In this document: one piece after another, positions 27,335 to 35,643 of the stretch
Position numbering within the stretch: the stretch's first letter is position 1
Layout: each line of letters begins with the position of its first letter
NCBI GenBank assembly: GCA_028718805.1
Contig: JAQUKY010000001.1
Location: 80,384 to 144,383 of the forward strand
DNA: 64,000 nucleotides
Direction of reading: 5' to 3'
DNA from: Candidatus Nanoarchaeia archaeon
Lineage (GTDB): Archaea; Nanobdellota; Nanobdellia; Pacearchaeales; GW2011-AR1
Notes under the pieces: model-generated
The model's database searches: none
Told to the model about the DNA's origin: nothing
The model's input: the letters and a program-made list of their open reading frames with translations, nothing else
Translations under genes and position numbers: made by a program

Positions 27335-28252
27335 TTATCTGTACTCCAAATTTATTTTAGCTATTGGGGGATGTAAAATTTCAGATTTCTTCTGAGCAAT
27401 TTTATTTCTCCTTAAAATGTCATATACAATTTTTTCAGTTGTGTTGAATTTTCTATTTCCATAAATTTTTTCATACTTTTGCATATCTTTTTCAGTATAT
27501 TCTTTAACTTGAGTATTTTCTATAAGGTTTTCAAGAGAGAATCCTTGTGTAAGACCCTCTGTTACTAATTCTACGGTTTCATACTCATAACCCAAGTCTT
27601 TGAAATCTGTTTGATTTGGTTCTATTCCTGCTGTTGGTGTTTTTTTTGCTATTTCGGGAAATCCGAGATATTCTGCCATCTGTTTCACTAATCTTTTTGA
27701 GAGATTTCCAATAGGAGAAAGATGAACAGCACCATCTCCGAATAAAGTATAATATCCTACACCAAAGTCTTCATCTTTATTTCCGGTTCCTAGCACTAAT
27801 TTTTGTTCTATGGCTGCTTTTGTTGATAAAATATTAGCCCTTATTCTTGCTATCAAGTTACCTTTGTCATATTCTTTGCCTACCTCAAAAATTCTTGGGT
27901 CAACAGTATAAAATCCTTCAATCGCTTTGTTTATGTCTATGACTTCATAGTCTATTGCAAGTTTTTTTGCAACATATGTCCCATCTATTGTATCTTTTTG
28001 CTCATTTAGTTTTGTTGGAAGCATATACCCAATTAATCCTAGTTTTCTGTCTTTCCTTCTATTGTTTTCATTATAATTATCAAATGCTTTTTTTGCTAAT
28101 GCTGCTGTTACTGTTGAATCTACTCCTCCGGATAATCCTATTACTCCCCCGGTATAGCCTATGCTGGTTATTTCATCTAAAATGAAATCTCCGATTTCAT
28201 CTGCTGCCTTTTCTGGATTCATGTATGGAAGTTTTATTTTTTCGTTTTTCAT
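27335..28252 (-). CDS. nadE: NH3-dependent NAD+ synthetase
   Basis: PP-loop GLSGGVDSTV, GNLIARIRANIL, GTGNKDEDFGVGYYTLFGDG. The start is set at MKNEKI, whose ATG overlaps the upstream TGA (ATGA). Confidence 0.85.
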   Translation of the reverse strand: MKNEKIKLPYMNPEKAADEIGDFILDEITSIGYTGGVIGLSGGVDSTVTAALAKKAFDNYNENNRRKDRKLGLIGYMLPTKLNEQKDTIDGTYVAKKLAIDYEVIDINKAIEGFYTVDPRIFEVGKEYDKGNLIARIRANILSTKAAIEQKLVLGTGNKDEDFGVGYYTLFGDGAVHLSPIGNLSKRLVKQMAEYLGFPEIAKKTPTAGIEPNQTDFKDLGYEYETVELVTEGLTQGFSLENLIENTQVKEYTEKDMQKYEKIYGNRKFNTTEKIVYDILRRNKIAQKKSEILHPPIAKINLEYR

Positions 28253-29184
28253 ATTTTTTCCTCCTCTAAAAAATAAGGTGTCAGGCAAAGCCTGCAGAAC
28301 TTATCCCTCATGAATTGTTCTATGTGTTTATCTGTGTTTGCAAGCAAAATAACATCGCTTGCTTTCAGATTTAGATTATGTTTTTTATTCAATTCTTTGA
28401 TTATTTTATCCTGGAGCGGCTTATATTTATTGTAAAGCTGTTGTGGTCTTATTTCATCCAAAATTCTGTCTGCTACAACCAGAGAGAATATATTCTTAAA
28501 CCATATATTCGCTTCAAGTGTTTCTATTGGCTCTCTGCTAAAAGTGAAACCTATCCTATAATAATACAAACCAAAAGGTTTGCTCATTGAAGTTACCACT
28601 GCGATTATGTTCTGATTGCTTAAATCGAATTTGTTATCTCTTGTTAAACCAGCATAACTAGTATCATAAACAACTTTGTGATATTTGCAGATCTCATTTA
28701 TAAATTCATTTTTGATTATGTTTCCATTTCTTGAAGAAGGGTTTGAGATGAAGAAGATTCCTGGATTTAATTTTGAAAACTCTTCATTTTCGTTAACTTC
28801 AATTATCTTTATTCCCATTTCCTTGGCATACTCTTTGTATCCTTCATATTCTCCCTTTAAAGTATAAATGGGTGCTTCAGGATTTTTTGTTTTTAGCTTA
28901 ACAAGCAAATGAAAAATACCTTCACTTGCTCCTGCTGTAAAATATCTATACTTAAAATCTTTTAAAGAGGGTAATTGTTTTTCATTATATCTTATAAACT
29001 TTCCAATTACTGGAAAGTGAAAGTCATCTAAGCCAGGAGTTATTGAACTAAGGAAGACTTTATGAGGATAGTTTTTAACAACTTCGTCTATAACTTTTCT
29101 TATTTCTGGGAAATAATAGCAATAGACTGTTCTTGTAGCTTTTAGCTTTTCTATTTCAATATTTTTTTGTTTTTGAATTTCCAT
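28249..29184 (-). CDS. PLP-dependent aminotransferase-fold protein (class I/II-like), function unknown
   Basis: TSMSKPFGL (Schiff-base Lys context), DTSYAGL and FISNPSSRNGN (degenerate NPxNPTG) in the expected order. Short (311 aa). Confidence 0.5.
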   Translation of the reverse strand: MEIQKQKNIEIEKLKATRTVYCYYFPEIRKVIDEVVKNYPHKVFLSSITPGLDDFHFPVIGKFIRYNEKQLPSLKDFKYRYFTAGASEGIFHLLVKLKTKNPEAPIYTLKGEYEGYKEYAKEMGIKIIEVNENEEFSKLNPGIFFISNPSSRNGNIIKNEFINEICKYHKVVYDTSYAGLTRDNKFDLSNQNIIAVVTSMSKPFGLYYYRIGFTFSREPIETLEANIWFKNIFSLVVADRILDEIRPQQLYNKYKPLQDKIIKELNKKHNLNLKASDVILLANTDKHIEQFMRDKFCRLCLTPYFLEEEKI

Positions 29185-29185
29185 T

Positions 29186-30046
29186 TTAAATTAAAATTGC
29201 CCCCTTATACTGCCAGTCATATCTTAGATGACCATCTGGAAAAAATATTATCTGCCTTAGGTTATCTGAATCTGGCTCTATTGTTAATGCATCTGTAATG
29301 CATATATTCTGCCCGTGAACATCGTAGACTTTTGCTCCATCATGAAAAGTCATAAGTTTGTTTCCATTTCTAATTACAAAGTTTCTTATTTTTGTCATTT
29401 CTGATTCTTTGATGAGATTTTCTGCAGTCCATGCAGCAATTTCATTATCTTCAGAATGTTTTGGCATTGCGAGTTTTCTTATGCTTAGATGCTCTAATTT
29501 CCATTCTTTAGCTTTTTCAATAAGATTCTTTACTTCTTCTGGATTGTCAATAAATCCTTTTAGCATAGTGCAGCTTATTCTTACTGAAAATCCAATAATA
29601 TGCAGTTTTTTAATTAAATTTTCAAGTTCAGGATATTCCTCTGAGAATATTTCCTTGTTTCTTTCTTGTTTATAATGAACTGCAGACAGAGCTATCATTG
29701 TTAATCCTAGAGTATACCATCTTTTCAGATGTTTGTTATAGCTTTCTTGGGTAAGTAAAATCCCATTTGTCTGTAATTCAATTAGTGGAAAATTGAATCT
29801 TTTTAAATTTTCCAGGAATTTTGTTATTTGCTTTGGATAAAGAGTTGGCTCTCCTTTTCCTGTTATCAAAACAGTCGTAATTCCTTTTATTTCTGCTAAC
29901 CTGCATGCTTTTTCAAAATTCCTCCAGTTAACTCTTGGTTCTTCTAAGCTAATCCCTTGTTTAGGAGTCATTTTTGATATGCAATAAGGGCAGTGCGCAT
30001 TGCATGCTGTTGTTCCTGCGACTATGCTAAATGTTTGTATTTTCAT
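29186..30046 (-). CDS. Radical SAM enzyme, function unknown
   Basis: CNAHCPYC (CxxxCxxC) at residues about 15-22, GKGEPTLYP (GGE-like) and ELQTNGILL. Confidence 0.8.
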   Translation of the reverse strand: MKIQTFSIVAGTTACNAHCPYCISKMTPKQGISLEEPRVNWRNFEKACRLAEIKGITTVLITGKGEPTLYPKQITKFLENLKRFNFPLIELQTNGILLTQESYNKHLKRWYTLGLTMIALSAVHYKQERNKEIFSEEYPELENLIKKLHIIGFSVRISCTMLKGFIDNPEEVKNLIEKAKEWKLEHLSIRKLAMPKHSEDNEIAAWTAENLIKESEMTKIRNFVIRNGNKLMTFHDGAKVYDVHGQNICITDALTIEPDSDNLRQIIFFPDGHLRYDWQYKGAILI

Positions 30047-30513
30047 ATTTTGCCTCCTGGTTTATAACCGCTTATCATCAAGAAACCGTTTCCGGCTAAT
30101 TTTAGTGTTTCCTGCTCTTTTAATCCCAGAGTTTTTCCGCTCATTATCTCCCAAAGTCCAAGAGCCTTTCCTAAAGCCATTGTTCTTAATGCTTCTTCTT
30201 GTTCTACTTCTAAATTAGGGGCTAGTTCAATATAACTTGGCCCCCCAGCAAGCCTGTCTTTTTGGGGGTAATCTTCTAATAGAGTTTCTAATTCTTTTTT
30301 TCTTGCCTTTGCTTTTTCTTTGTCAACTAAGACATCTACAAAGATCATATCTATTTTTTCATATTTTTCATTATTCGGAGCTTCTGAAGTATGAGGATAG
30401 CCAAATATCTCCACAACATGTAGATTCCCAGTATTTCTTTCCTCAATTACCCCTCCTTTTCTGTAAACTCTCGTAGTTTCCTGCAGTATGTCATAAAGTT
30501 TCTCAGTGTTCAT
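30043..30513 (-). CDS. Hypothetical protein (156 aa)
   Basis: Overlaps both neighbours by 4 and 11 nt; no motif recognised. Confidence 0.5.
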   Translation of the reverse strand: MNTEKLYDILQETTRVYRKGGVIEERNTGNLHVVEIFGYPHTSEAPNNEKYEKIDMIFVDVLVDKEKAKARKKELETLLEDYPQKDRLAGGPSYIELAPNLEVEQEEALRTMALGKALGLWEIMSGKTLGLKEQETLKLAGNGFLMISGYKPGGKI

Positions 30514-30781
30514 TTTTTTTACCTCCGTAGCTAAAAATAAGCCTGTTACATCGGTCTGTTTGGGATCCTGTGAAGTGATAAACTTTCCAGTGAGGGCTGT
30601 ATATCTGAATTAGTTTGTCAATAGCTTCTCTTGAAGTATTGTCTAGAAGATCAAATGCAACTTCTCGTGTTCCATTAAAAGTTGCTTCAAGAAACTTATC
30701 AATTTCTATTTCTAGGCTTTTGACAGTTTCATTGTCATTTCTTATTTTTCTTTCAATTAATGGTTCTGGTATGATTACCAT
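30503..30781 (-). CDS. Hypothetical small protein (92 aa), paralog of 31133..31390
   Basis: Shares MVI(I/T)P start, LExxIDxxLE, IYxxxWxV and QxxxxxxLxF with the 85-aa ORF. Confidence 0.45.
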   Translation of the reverse strand: MVIIPEPLIERKIRNDNETVKSLEIEIDKFLEATFNGTREVAFDLLDNTSREAIDKLIQIYSPHWKVYHFTGSQTDRCNRLIFSYGGKKNEH

Positions 30782-31131
30782 CTTCCGGCTCCTTCCCCAA
30801 AATCTGGGATTTTTGTTATACTATCTTTAGCTCGAGTTGTGATTTGTTCAAGCCCGCATCTAGTGCAGGTTCTTTTCCATCTTGGTTCTGTTTTTGCTGA
30901 AACATAAGTTGGTCCTCTCCAGTCAACACCCATTGTTCCTGGTTTATCTCCAGGAATAGTATATGCTGATGTGTAAATTGGGTCATAAATTGTCTTGCTA
31001 TATTCATGCTGACATCTTCTTTCGTAATCTCTAAGTTCGTTTCTAGCTCTGTCAGATTTTTCATTAGCTTTATTAACTTCTTCATTGGTTCTTTTTACTA
31101 TTTCACGTAATTCTCTTGCTCTGTTTTCCAT
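30775..31131 (-). CDS. Hypothetical protein (118 aa; N-terminal coiled coil, Cys/His cluster)
   Basis: RRCQHE ... CTRCG. Translationally coupled to both neighbours. Confidence 0.45.
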   Translation of the reverse strand: MENRARELREIVKRTNEEVNKANEKSDRARNELRDYERRCQHEYSKTIYDPIYTSAYTIPGDKPGTMGVDWRGPTYVSAKTEPRWKRTCTRCGLEQITTRAKDSITKIPDFGEGAGRW

Positions 31132-31132
31132 T

Positions 31133-31390
31133 TTATTCTCTGCCTCCGGTTTTCATTTCTTTAAAACTTAGATAGTTTCCTTCTCTTTGGTCTGATTCAT
31201 AACTGACCTCCCAGCCAGCTTTTTCATATATATGAGTTATTTCTTGAACTACTTTTTCTCCAGGATATTCATTTATATCGAAAGTATTTTCCCCTTCCAA
31301 TAATGCCTGGTCAATTCTCTTCTCCAGACCTTTAAGCAGGGCTTTATCTGCTTTTGTCAGAGCTTTTGCTTCTTGAGGTGTGATTACCAT
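31133..31390 (-). CDS. Hypothetical small protein (85 aa), paralog of 30503..30781
   Basis: The start is trimmed to MVITPQ (ATG 1 nt after the pncA TAA). The longer track ORF would overlap pncA by 83 nt. Confidence 0.45.
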   Translation of the reverse strand: MVITPQEAKALTKADKALLKGLEKRIDQALLEGENTFDINEYPGEKVVQEITHIYEKAGWEVSYESDQREGNYLSFKEMKTGGRE

Positions 31391-31391
31391 T

Positions 31392-32129
31392 TTACAATTT
31401 TCCCTCCAAAACCTGTTTAGTTGTAATGAGTTTGGCACCAGCTTTTGACATTTCTTCAAGTGCTTTATTTCCAAATTCAGGATCTACTTTTCCTTCAAAA
31501 TTTATATTAACAGCTTCTATTGCATCAGTTACCACATAAATCTCCAATGGTTTTTGATATTTGTCTCTAATTTCCGCCATTTTCAGAACTGCTGCTTTAT
31601 CACAATAGTCTGTTGCAAAACCATTTACAATGACTCTTTGTAGGCCTTTGTCAAGCAATTTTTTAAATGCTGGCTCAAAATTAGGATTTGTCCCAACATT
31701 ATAGTTCTGCTTTTCAAAAATTAAGTGCATCTTATTTTTTTCTGCAGCTTCTGTATACTTCTCTAGTTCATTGTTAGTATAAATCTTAATTCCCAGTTCA
31801 GGCCCATCCTTTGCTCTTATATAAATGTCTTTTTGAGGTTCTAGTTCTTTTAGCCTTAACTGACCCCAGGTTCCATTCATGCAATGATCATCAAATACCC
31901 CTCCCTGGTTTCTTATTAATTCTGCATCTTCGTAAAAATGCCTGTCTACTGACCCGAGAAACAGATAGTTGTTATCAATTGCATTTTTATGTATTGCAAA
32001 TATATTCGGGAGTCTTTCTTCTGCACCATAAGGCAATGCTGTTTTTGGCTTGTTAGCTCTTACAAACAATGCTCCTTCTCTTACACTAAAGTCGTACTGA
32101 ACATCTGTTTCATAAATTGCAGTTTTCAT
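31392..32129 (-). CDS. pncA: Isochorismatase-family nicotinamidase
   Basis: N-terminal Asp (ETDVQYDF), metal-site context SVDRHF...DDHC, and nucleophile Cys in GFATDYCDKAAV. Confidence 0.7.
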   Translation of the reverse strand: MKTAIYETDVQYDFSVREGALFVRANKPKTALPYGAEERLPNIFAIHKNAIDNNYLFLGSVDRHFYEDAELIRNQGGVFDDHCMNGTWGQLRLKELEPQKDIYIRAKDGPELGIKIYTNNELEKYTEAAEKNKMHLIFEKQNYNVGTNPNFEPAFKKLLDKGLQRVIVNGFATDYCDKAAVLKMAEIRDKYQKPLEIYVVTDAIEAVNINFEGKVDPEFGNKALEEMSKAGAKLITTKQVLEGKL

Positions 32130-32130
32130 T

Positions 32131-33324
32131 TTATTTTATACCTCCTAATCTTAGTTTTAGTTTTGGATTTGGATTGTATTGTCTTCCGACTTTTGCAATC
32201 GGAACAAAATGTTCTGGATCTTCTCCAACAGCAACTATGTCCATTTTTGATGCCCTTGATTCGAAAATCTGGCCTACACCAAGACCTTCAAATAGTTTTG
32301 TTCCTAACAATTTCTCTGCTCTTACAAATGCCTCGACCTTTTTTGGTTCTGCAAAACCACTTGATAACCAGATTTGCAAATTTTTGTAATTATTTTCATC
32401 AAGAGCTTTTCTCATGGCATAAGTCCCTGTTACAGTCACTCCTCTGTCAAACCAGTATTTCTCATCTTCTTTAGGAATGATTACTTTTTTTCCAACTAAT
32501 CTCTCAAGTTTCTTTTCATCTTTAAATTCTAAAGCTCCTTCTCCGGCATTTTCACCACATGTATCTATTCTTGGGCCATGAAGCCTGTTTTTCAGAGCTT
32601 TGGCTGTATCTAAAGTGTCTGTAATTTCTTTATTTCTGTAATCACATAAAATTATTCTTGGAACTTCTGGTTCAATGTGTTTATCAAAAGCAATCATTGT
32701 TTCTGAAACAGCTCTTTCGTAGCCATATTTTGCAGCCATTATATTTTCTAGAACGTGAGGAGTTGTTCCCATTCCTTTTTTCCCTGCTGTTGCTGCACCA
32801 ATATCTGTTGAAGCGCTTGTTGCACCTGCTTCAAAAGCTGCTTTTGTAATTGCTGCATCTTCATCATATCTCCAGTGCCTTGCACCAAAATAAGAAATAA
32901 ACCTTCCTTCTGCAGCTTTCACAACGTACCTCATATTTTTTCTTACTAAGTCTAAATCTATTCCGTGCTTATCGTTCGCTTTTGTAGTTTCTGCTGCTAA
33001 AACTCCTAGATACATTGTTTCTAAATCCACAATGTCTTGGATTGGAGCCTCAATAAGCATAAGTGTTTCTTTCGGCTGATAAGATTCTCCTTCATTTAGT
33101 GCATAAACTCTTCCTTTATGAGCAACTAAATTGCTGTATTTATCAAGAATTGCAAGAGCTTCATTTATTCCATAAACTTTTCCAGGCCCTTTTCTTATAA
33201 ATATCTGTGCTCTTACCCAAGGATTGATACCTTCTGCTTCAAGTATTTTCTTTGCTCTTAGAAAATATTTGTCAATATAAGAAGCATATTCATCAGGCAG
33301 ATTAAATTTTTTTGTTTGTGCCAT
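32131..33324 (-). CDS. pncB: Nicotinate phosphoribosyltransferase (archaeal/type II PRTase-like)
   Basis: GTTPHVL, ILCDYR, PRIDTCGE, IWLSSGF and LGVGQIF align in order with conserved blocks of archaeal NAPRTases as I recall them. Confidence 0.75.
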   Translation of the reverse strand: MAQTKKFNLPDEYASYIDKYFLRAKKILEAEGINPWVRAQIFIRKGPGKVYGINEALAILDKYSNLVAHKGRVYALNEGESYQPKETLMLIEAPIQDIVDLETMYLGVLAAETTKANDKHGIDLDLVRKNMRYVVKAAEGRFISYFGARHWRYDEDAAITKAAFEAGATSASTDIGAATAGKKGMGTTPHVLENIMAAKYGYERAVSETMIAFDKHIEPEVPRIILCDYRNKEITDTLDTAKALKNRLHGPRIDTCGENAGEGALEFKDEKKLERLVGKKVIIPKEDEKYWFDRGVTVTGTYAMRKALDENNYKNLQIWLSSGFAEPKKVEAFVRAEKLLGTKLFEGLGVGQIFESRASKMDIVAVGEDPEHFVPIAKVGRQYNPNPKLKLRLGGIK

Positions 33325-33332
33325 TTTTATTT

Positions 33333-33746
33333 TTATTTTTTACCTCCTTCATTTACAAACATCATCTGCATTTTTCCTACTATATCCGGCGTCTCAACTT
33401 TATTTAGAAAACATCCTGTCTGATAAAATTCAATTATTTCTCCTTGAGGGTCATAAACATCGCCTTGTAAAAGCCTTCTTGCAGTTACATGCCATCCGTC
33501 AGGGTAGATATCATAAGGTCCGTGTCCTGTACCTCCTCCGCCATAATAAGTTTTTTCAACAACATACCTTGCTTTTTCTCTTTCTTGGTCTATATGCCCC
33601 CTAAATTTCATAGGGCCTGCTACATTAAAGCGTCCTTTTTGAAATAGATTAGGATTTTCTATAATTCCTTCTATTCCGACTTGTGGGATTTTTATTACAT
33701 CCCCTATCTGGACTAGTTTTTGTTTTGTTAGTGTATTATTTAACAT
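33333..33746 (-). CDS. Hypothetical protein (137 aa), first gene of the NAD operon
   Basis: Gly-rich loop YYGGGGTGHGPYDIYPDGWH; no family recognised. Confidence 0.5.
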   Translation of the reverse strand: MLNNTLTKQKLVQIGDVIKIPQVGIEGIIENPNLFQKGRFNVAGPMKFRGHIDQEREKARYVVEKTYYGGGGTGHGPYDIYPDGWHVTARRLLQGDVYDPQGEIIEFYQTGCFLNKVETPDIVGKMQMMFVNEGGKK

Positions 33747-33750
33747 AAGT

Positions 33751-33769
33751 TAGTGTAGTAAATACACTA
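33751..33769 (-). promoter_or_regulatory. Predicted NrtR-type operator fused to the TATA box (main NAD operon promoter)
   Basis: Minus strand reads GTTTAAATAGTGTATTTACTACACTAACTTATG. It has the same arms and 5-nt spacing as the site at 19146. The palindrome lies between the TATA box and the ATG, which implies a leaderless mRNA. Confidence 0.6.
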
Positions 33770-33871
33770 TTTAAACCTATGTGTACTAGAGAATACATAT
33801 TGTTAGAGTTAAACTAAGATTGAAAATTACCGAGAATATGCCTTAAAATTACATACACTAAGGAGGATAAA

Positions 33872-34804
33872 TTATTGGTTTTTTGCCTCTAAATGCGAGT
33901 TTTTTGAACCACATACCCTCGAGGCAATGAAACTTCCCATTCTTCCGCATTCCTGTAAATTAAATCCTTTTATATAGGAAAATAAAAATCCTGCTGCATA
34001 AGAATCCCCTGCCCCGCATGTGTTTATTACCTTTGTTTTATAAATAGGTATTTTTATTTCTTCTCCTTTGCTTCTTACAATTGAGCCTCTTTTCCCTAAT
34101 TTTAATGAGACAATAGGGCATATCTTGCTTAGTTCTCTTAATGATTTTAGAGGATTGTAGCCAGTAAGAGCCATTGCTTCTTCTTCTGTTGCAAACAAAA
34201 TCTGTGTTTCATTAAGAAGGTTTTCCAAGCCAAGGTTATTATTCCTGACCATCTTTTCATCTGCCAGGTCAAGGCTTATCCGGATGCCTATTTCTCTTGC
34301 ATATTCTATTGTTTCAAAAAAGGTGTCTGGATTTGAGTTTAGCTCATATAAAGAAGTGTGAAGCATACTACTTTTGTTTAGTGATTTTAAGTCAAAATTA
34401 AACTTAGATGAAGCATTTAGTCCTGCCATCTGAGTTCTTTCTCCTTCAGGGGTTATGAAAATATAACAGATCCCGCTTTCTTCATCATTCATGCCAAAGC
34501 ATGGCTTTATCTTATATTTTTTTAATTCTTTAAGATAATTATTTGCTATCTCATCATTTCCAAGGCTTCCAAGCAAAGATGTTTTTAAACCAAGGCAGGC
34601 TGCATTAAATATCGCATTTGCAGGAGAGCCTGCAGCACAATACTCCAATTTCTTATCTTTTAATACAGACTTCAATTTTTCTTTGTCAAATCCTCTCAGC
34701 CCGTAAACAGAGCCTTTTTTAAGATTTAAAAAATCTAATTCAGAATCACTTATATTTACTATTGTGTCAGTTAATGCGTTTGTCAATCCTGTCAGTTCTA
34801 TCAT
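33872..34804 (-). CDS. PfkB-family sugar/nucleoside kinase (ribokinase-like)
   Basis: NTCGAGDSYAAGFL (anion-hole/ATP motif) and N-terminal AAGSPANA. Confidence 0.85.
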   Translation of the reverse strand: MIELTGLTNALTDTIVNISDSELDFLNLKKGSVYGLRGFDKEKLKSVLKDKKLEYCAAGSPANAIFNAACLGLKTSLLGSLGNDEIANNYLKELKKYKIKPCFGMNDEESGICYIFITPEGERTQMAGLNASSKFNFDLKSLNKSSMLHTSLYELNSNPDTFFETIEYAREIGIRISLDLADEKMVRNNNLGLENLLNETQILFATEEEAMALTGYNPLKSLRELSKICPIVSLKLGKRGSIVRSKGEEIKIPIYKTKVINTCGAGDSYAAGFLFSYIKGFNLQECGRMGSFIASRVCGSKNSHLEAKNQ

Positions 34805-34992
34805 TTTTAATAAGCTTTTTGACCTATTTTTTAAGAAATCACCTGATTTCCCTTATTATGGGTGATTTATAAACTTAATCTTTGTTTGAGCGTTTTTGAG
34901 GGTCCAAAATCTGTTGATATAATGACTAAATTACCGAACTATTTTTACAAAACTATAGAAAGCTTTAAATTTATATTTAGTCTGTGTATGTT

Positions 34993-35643
34993 ATGAAAGA
35001 GGTTTATTATGCTAAGTCATTGGAGGAGGATTTTGTTACAAAAACTCTAAAAGGGAAGAAGAAAGTAGCTTTTCAATCTGTTGAAAATATCGTAAAGAGG
35101 AAAGTAATACTGCCTAACACAAAAAGTTTTGGCAGGCAAATGAGGCTGTCTTGCACAGCAATTGATAAAAACTATCTAAAAACCTACAGGCCTCAGGGAA
35201 TAATCTTTAAAACAGGACAAAAACCAGAATACATACTTCCTTTTGATCTTGTGCTTCTAAGCGCGACAAACAATATAATTGTACATTATTACAGGATAAA
35301 AAATAATCTCCATGTTTATTACAATCATACTCTTATACCGGGATTTCAAAAATTTATATTTAAAGATTTTAATAAACTTAAGAAAAAATTCCCTACTTTA
35401 AAGAGTATCTGGAAAGAAGTAAATAAGTTCAGGAAGTCAGCAGGCTATCAAAGTCTGCCAATGCAGAAACACCGGCTTGTGGAATATAATGAAGCGGTAT
35501 TTTATGAGTCGGTAAAAATAACCCCTGTTGCCATTTTTGGTTACAGAAAAGAGGCAAGGAAAATAGCTAGGCAGTTGGGTTTGCCCTATTTTGTATCTGC
35601 AAAACAGTTTTACAAAGATTTAACTAACAGAAAAATAAAATGA
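34993..35643 (+). CDS. Hypothetical protein (216 aa) coupled to nadM
   Basis: ATG at 34993 (the track ORF starts at GTG 34984). The stop overlaps the nadM start (ATGA). Confidence 0.45.
   Translation: MKEVYYAKSLEEDFVTKTLKGKKKVAFQSVENIVKRKVILPNTKSFGRQMRLSCTAIDKNYLKTYRPQGIIFKTGQKPEYILPFDLVLLSATNNIIVHYYRIKNNLHVYYNHTLIPGFQKFIFKDFNKLKKKFPTLKSIWKEVNKFRKSAGYQSLPMQKHRLVEYNEAVFYESVKITPVAIFGYRKEARKIARQLGLPYFVSAKQFYKDLTNRKIK

Noticed and set aside
31391-31474. N-terminal 28-codon extension of the 113-aa track ORF, overlapping the pncA 3' end.
   Set aside because: An ATG 1 nt after the pncA stop gives the same tight coupling seen at every other junction in the operon. The extension is therefore probably not translated.
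27125-32849. Antisense or alternate-frame ORFs within the NAD cluster: 27125..27376, 27955..28185, 28378..28867, 29358..29675, 30000..30476, 30615..30830, 30816..31085, 31811..32474, 32658..32849.
   Set aside because: All are shadow ORFs with low-complexity composition. ORF 30816..31085 is an alternate frame of the 118-aa gene on the same strand and has no coupling signals. They are not treated as overlapping genes.
34993-35643. Possible R-S-E-type mono-ADP-ribosyltransferase signature (YR at about residue 69, SAT at about 93, EYNE at about 167) in the 216-aa partner of nadM.
   Set aside because: The spacing is atypical, and ExxE appears where Q/ExE is expected. Such short motifs arise easily by chance. 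This is not supportable without a profile or structure search.
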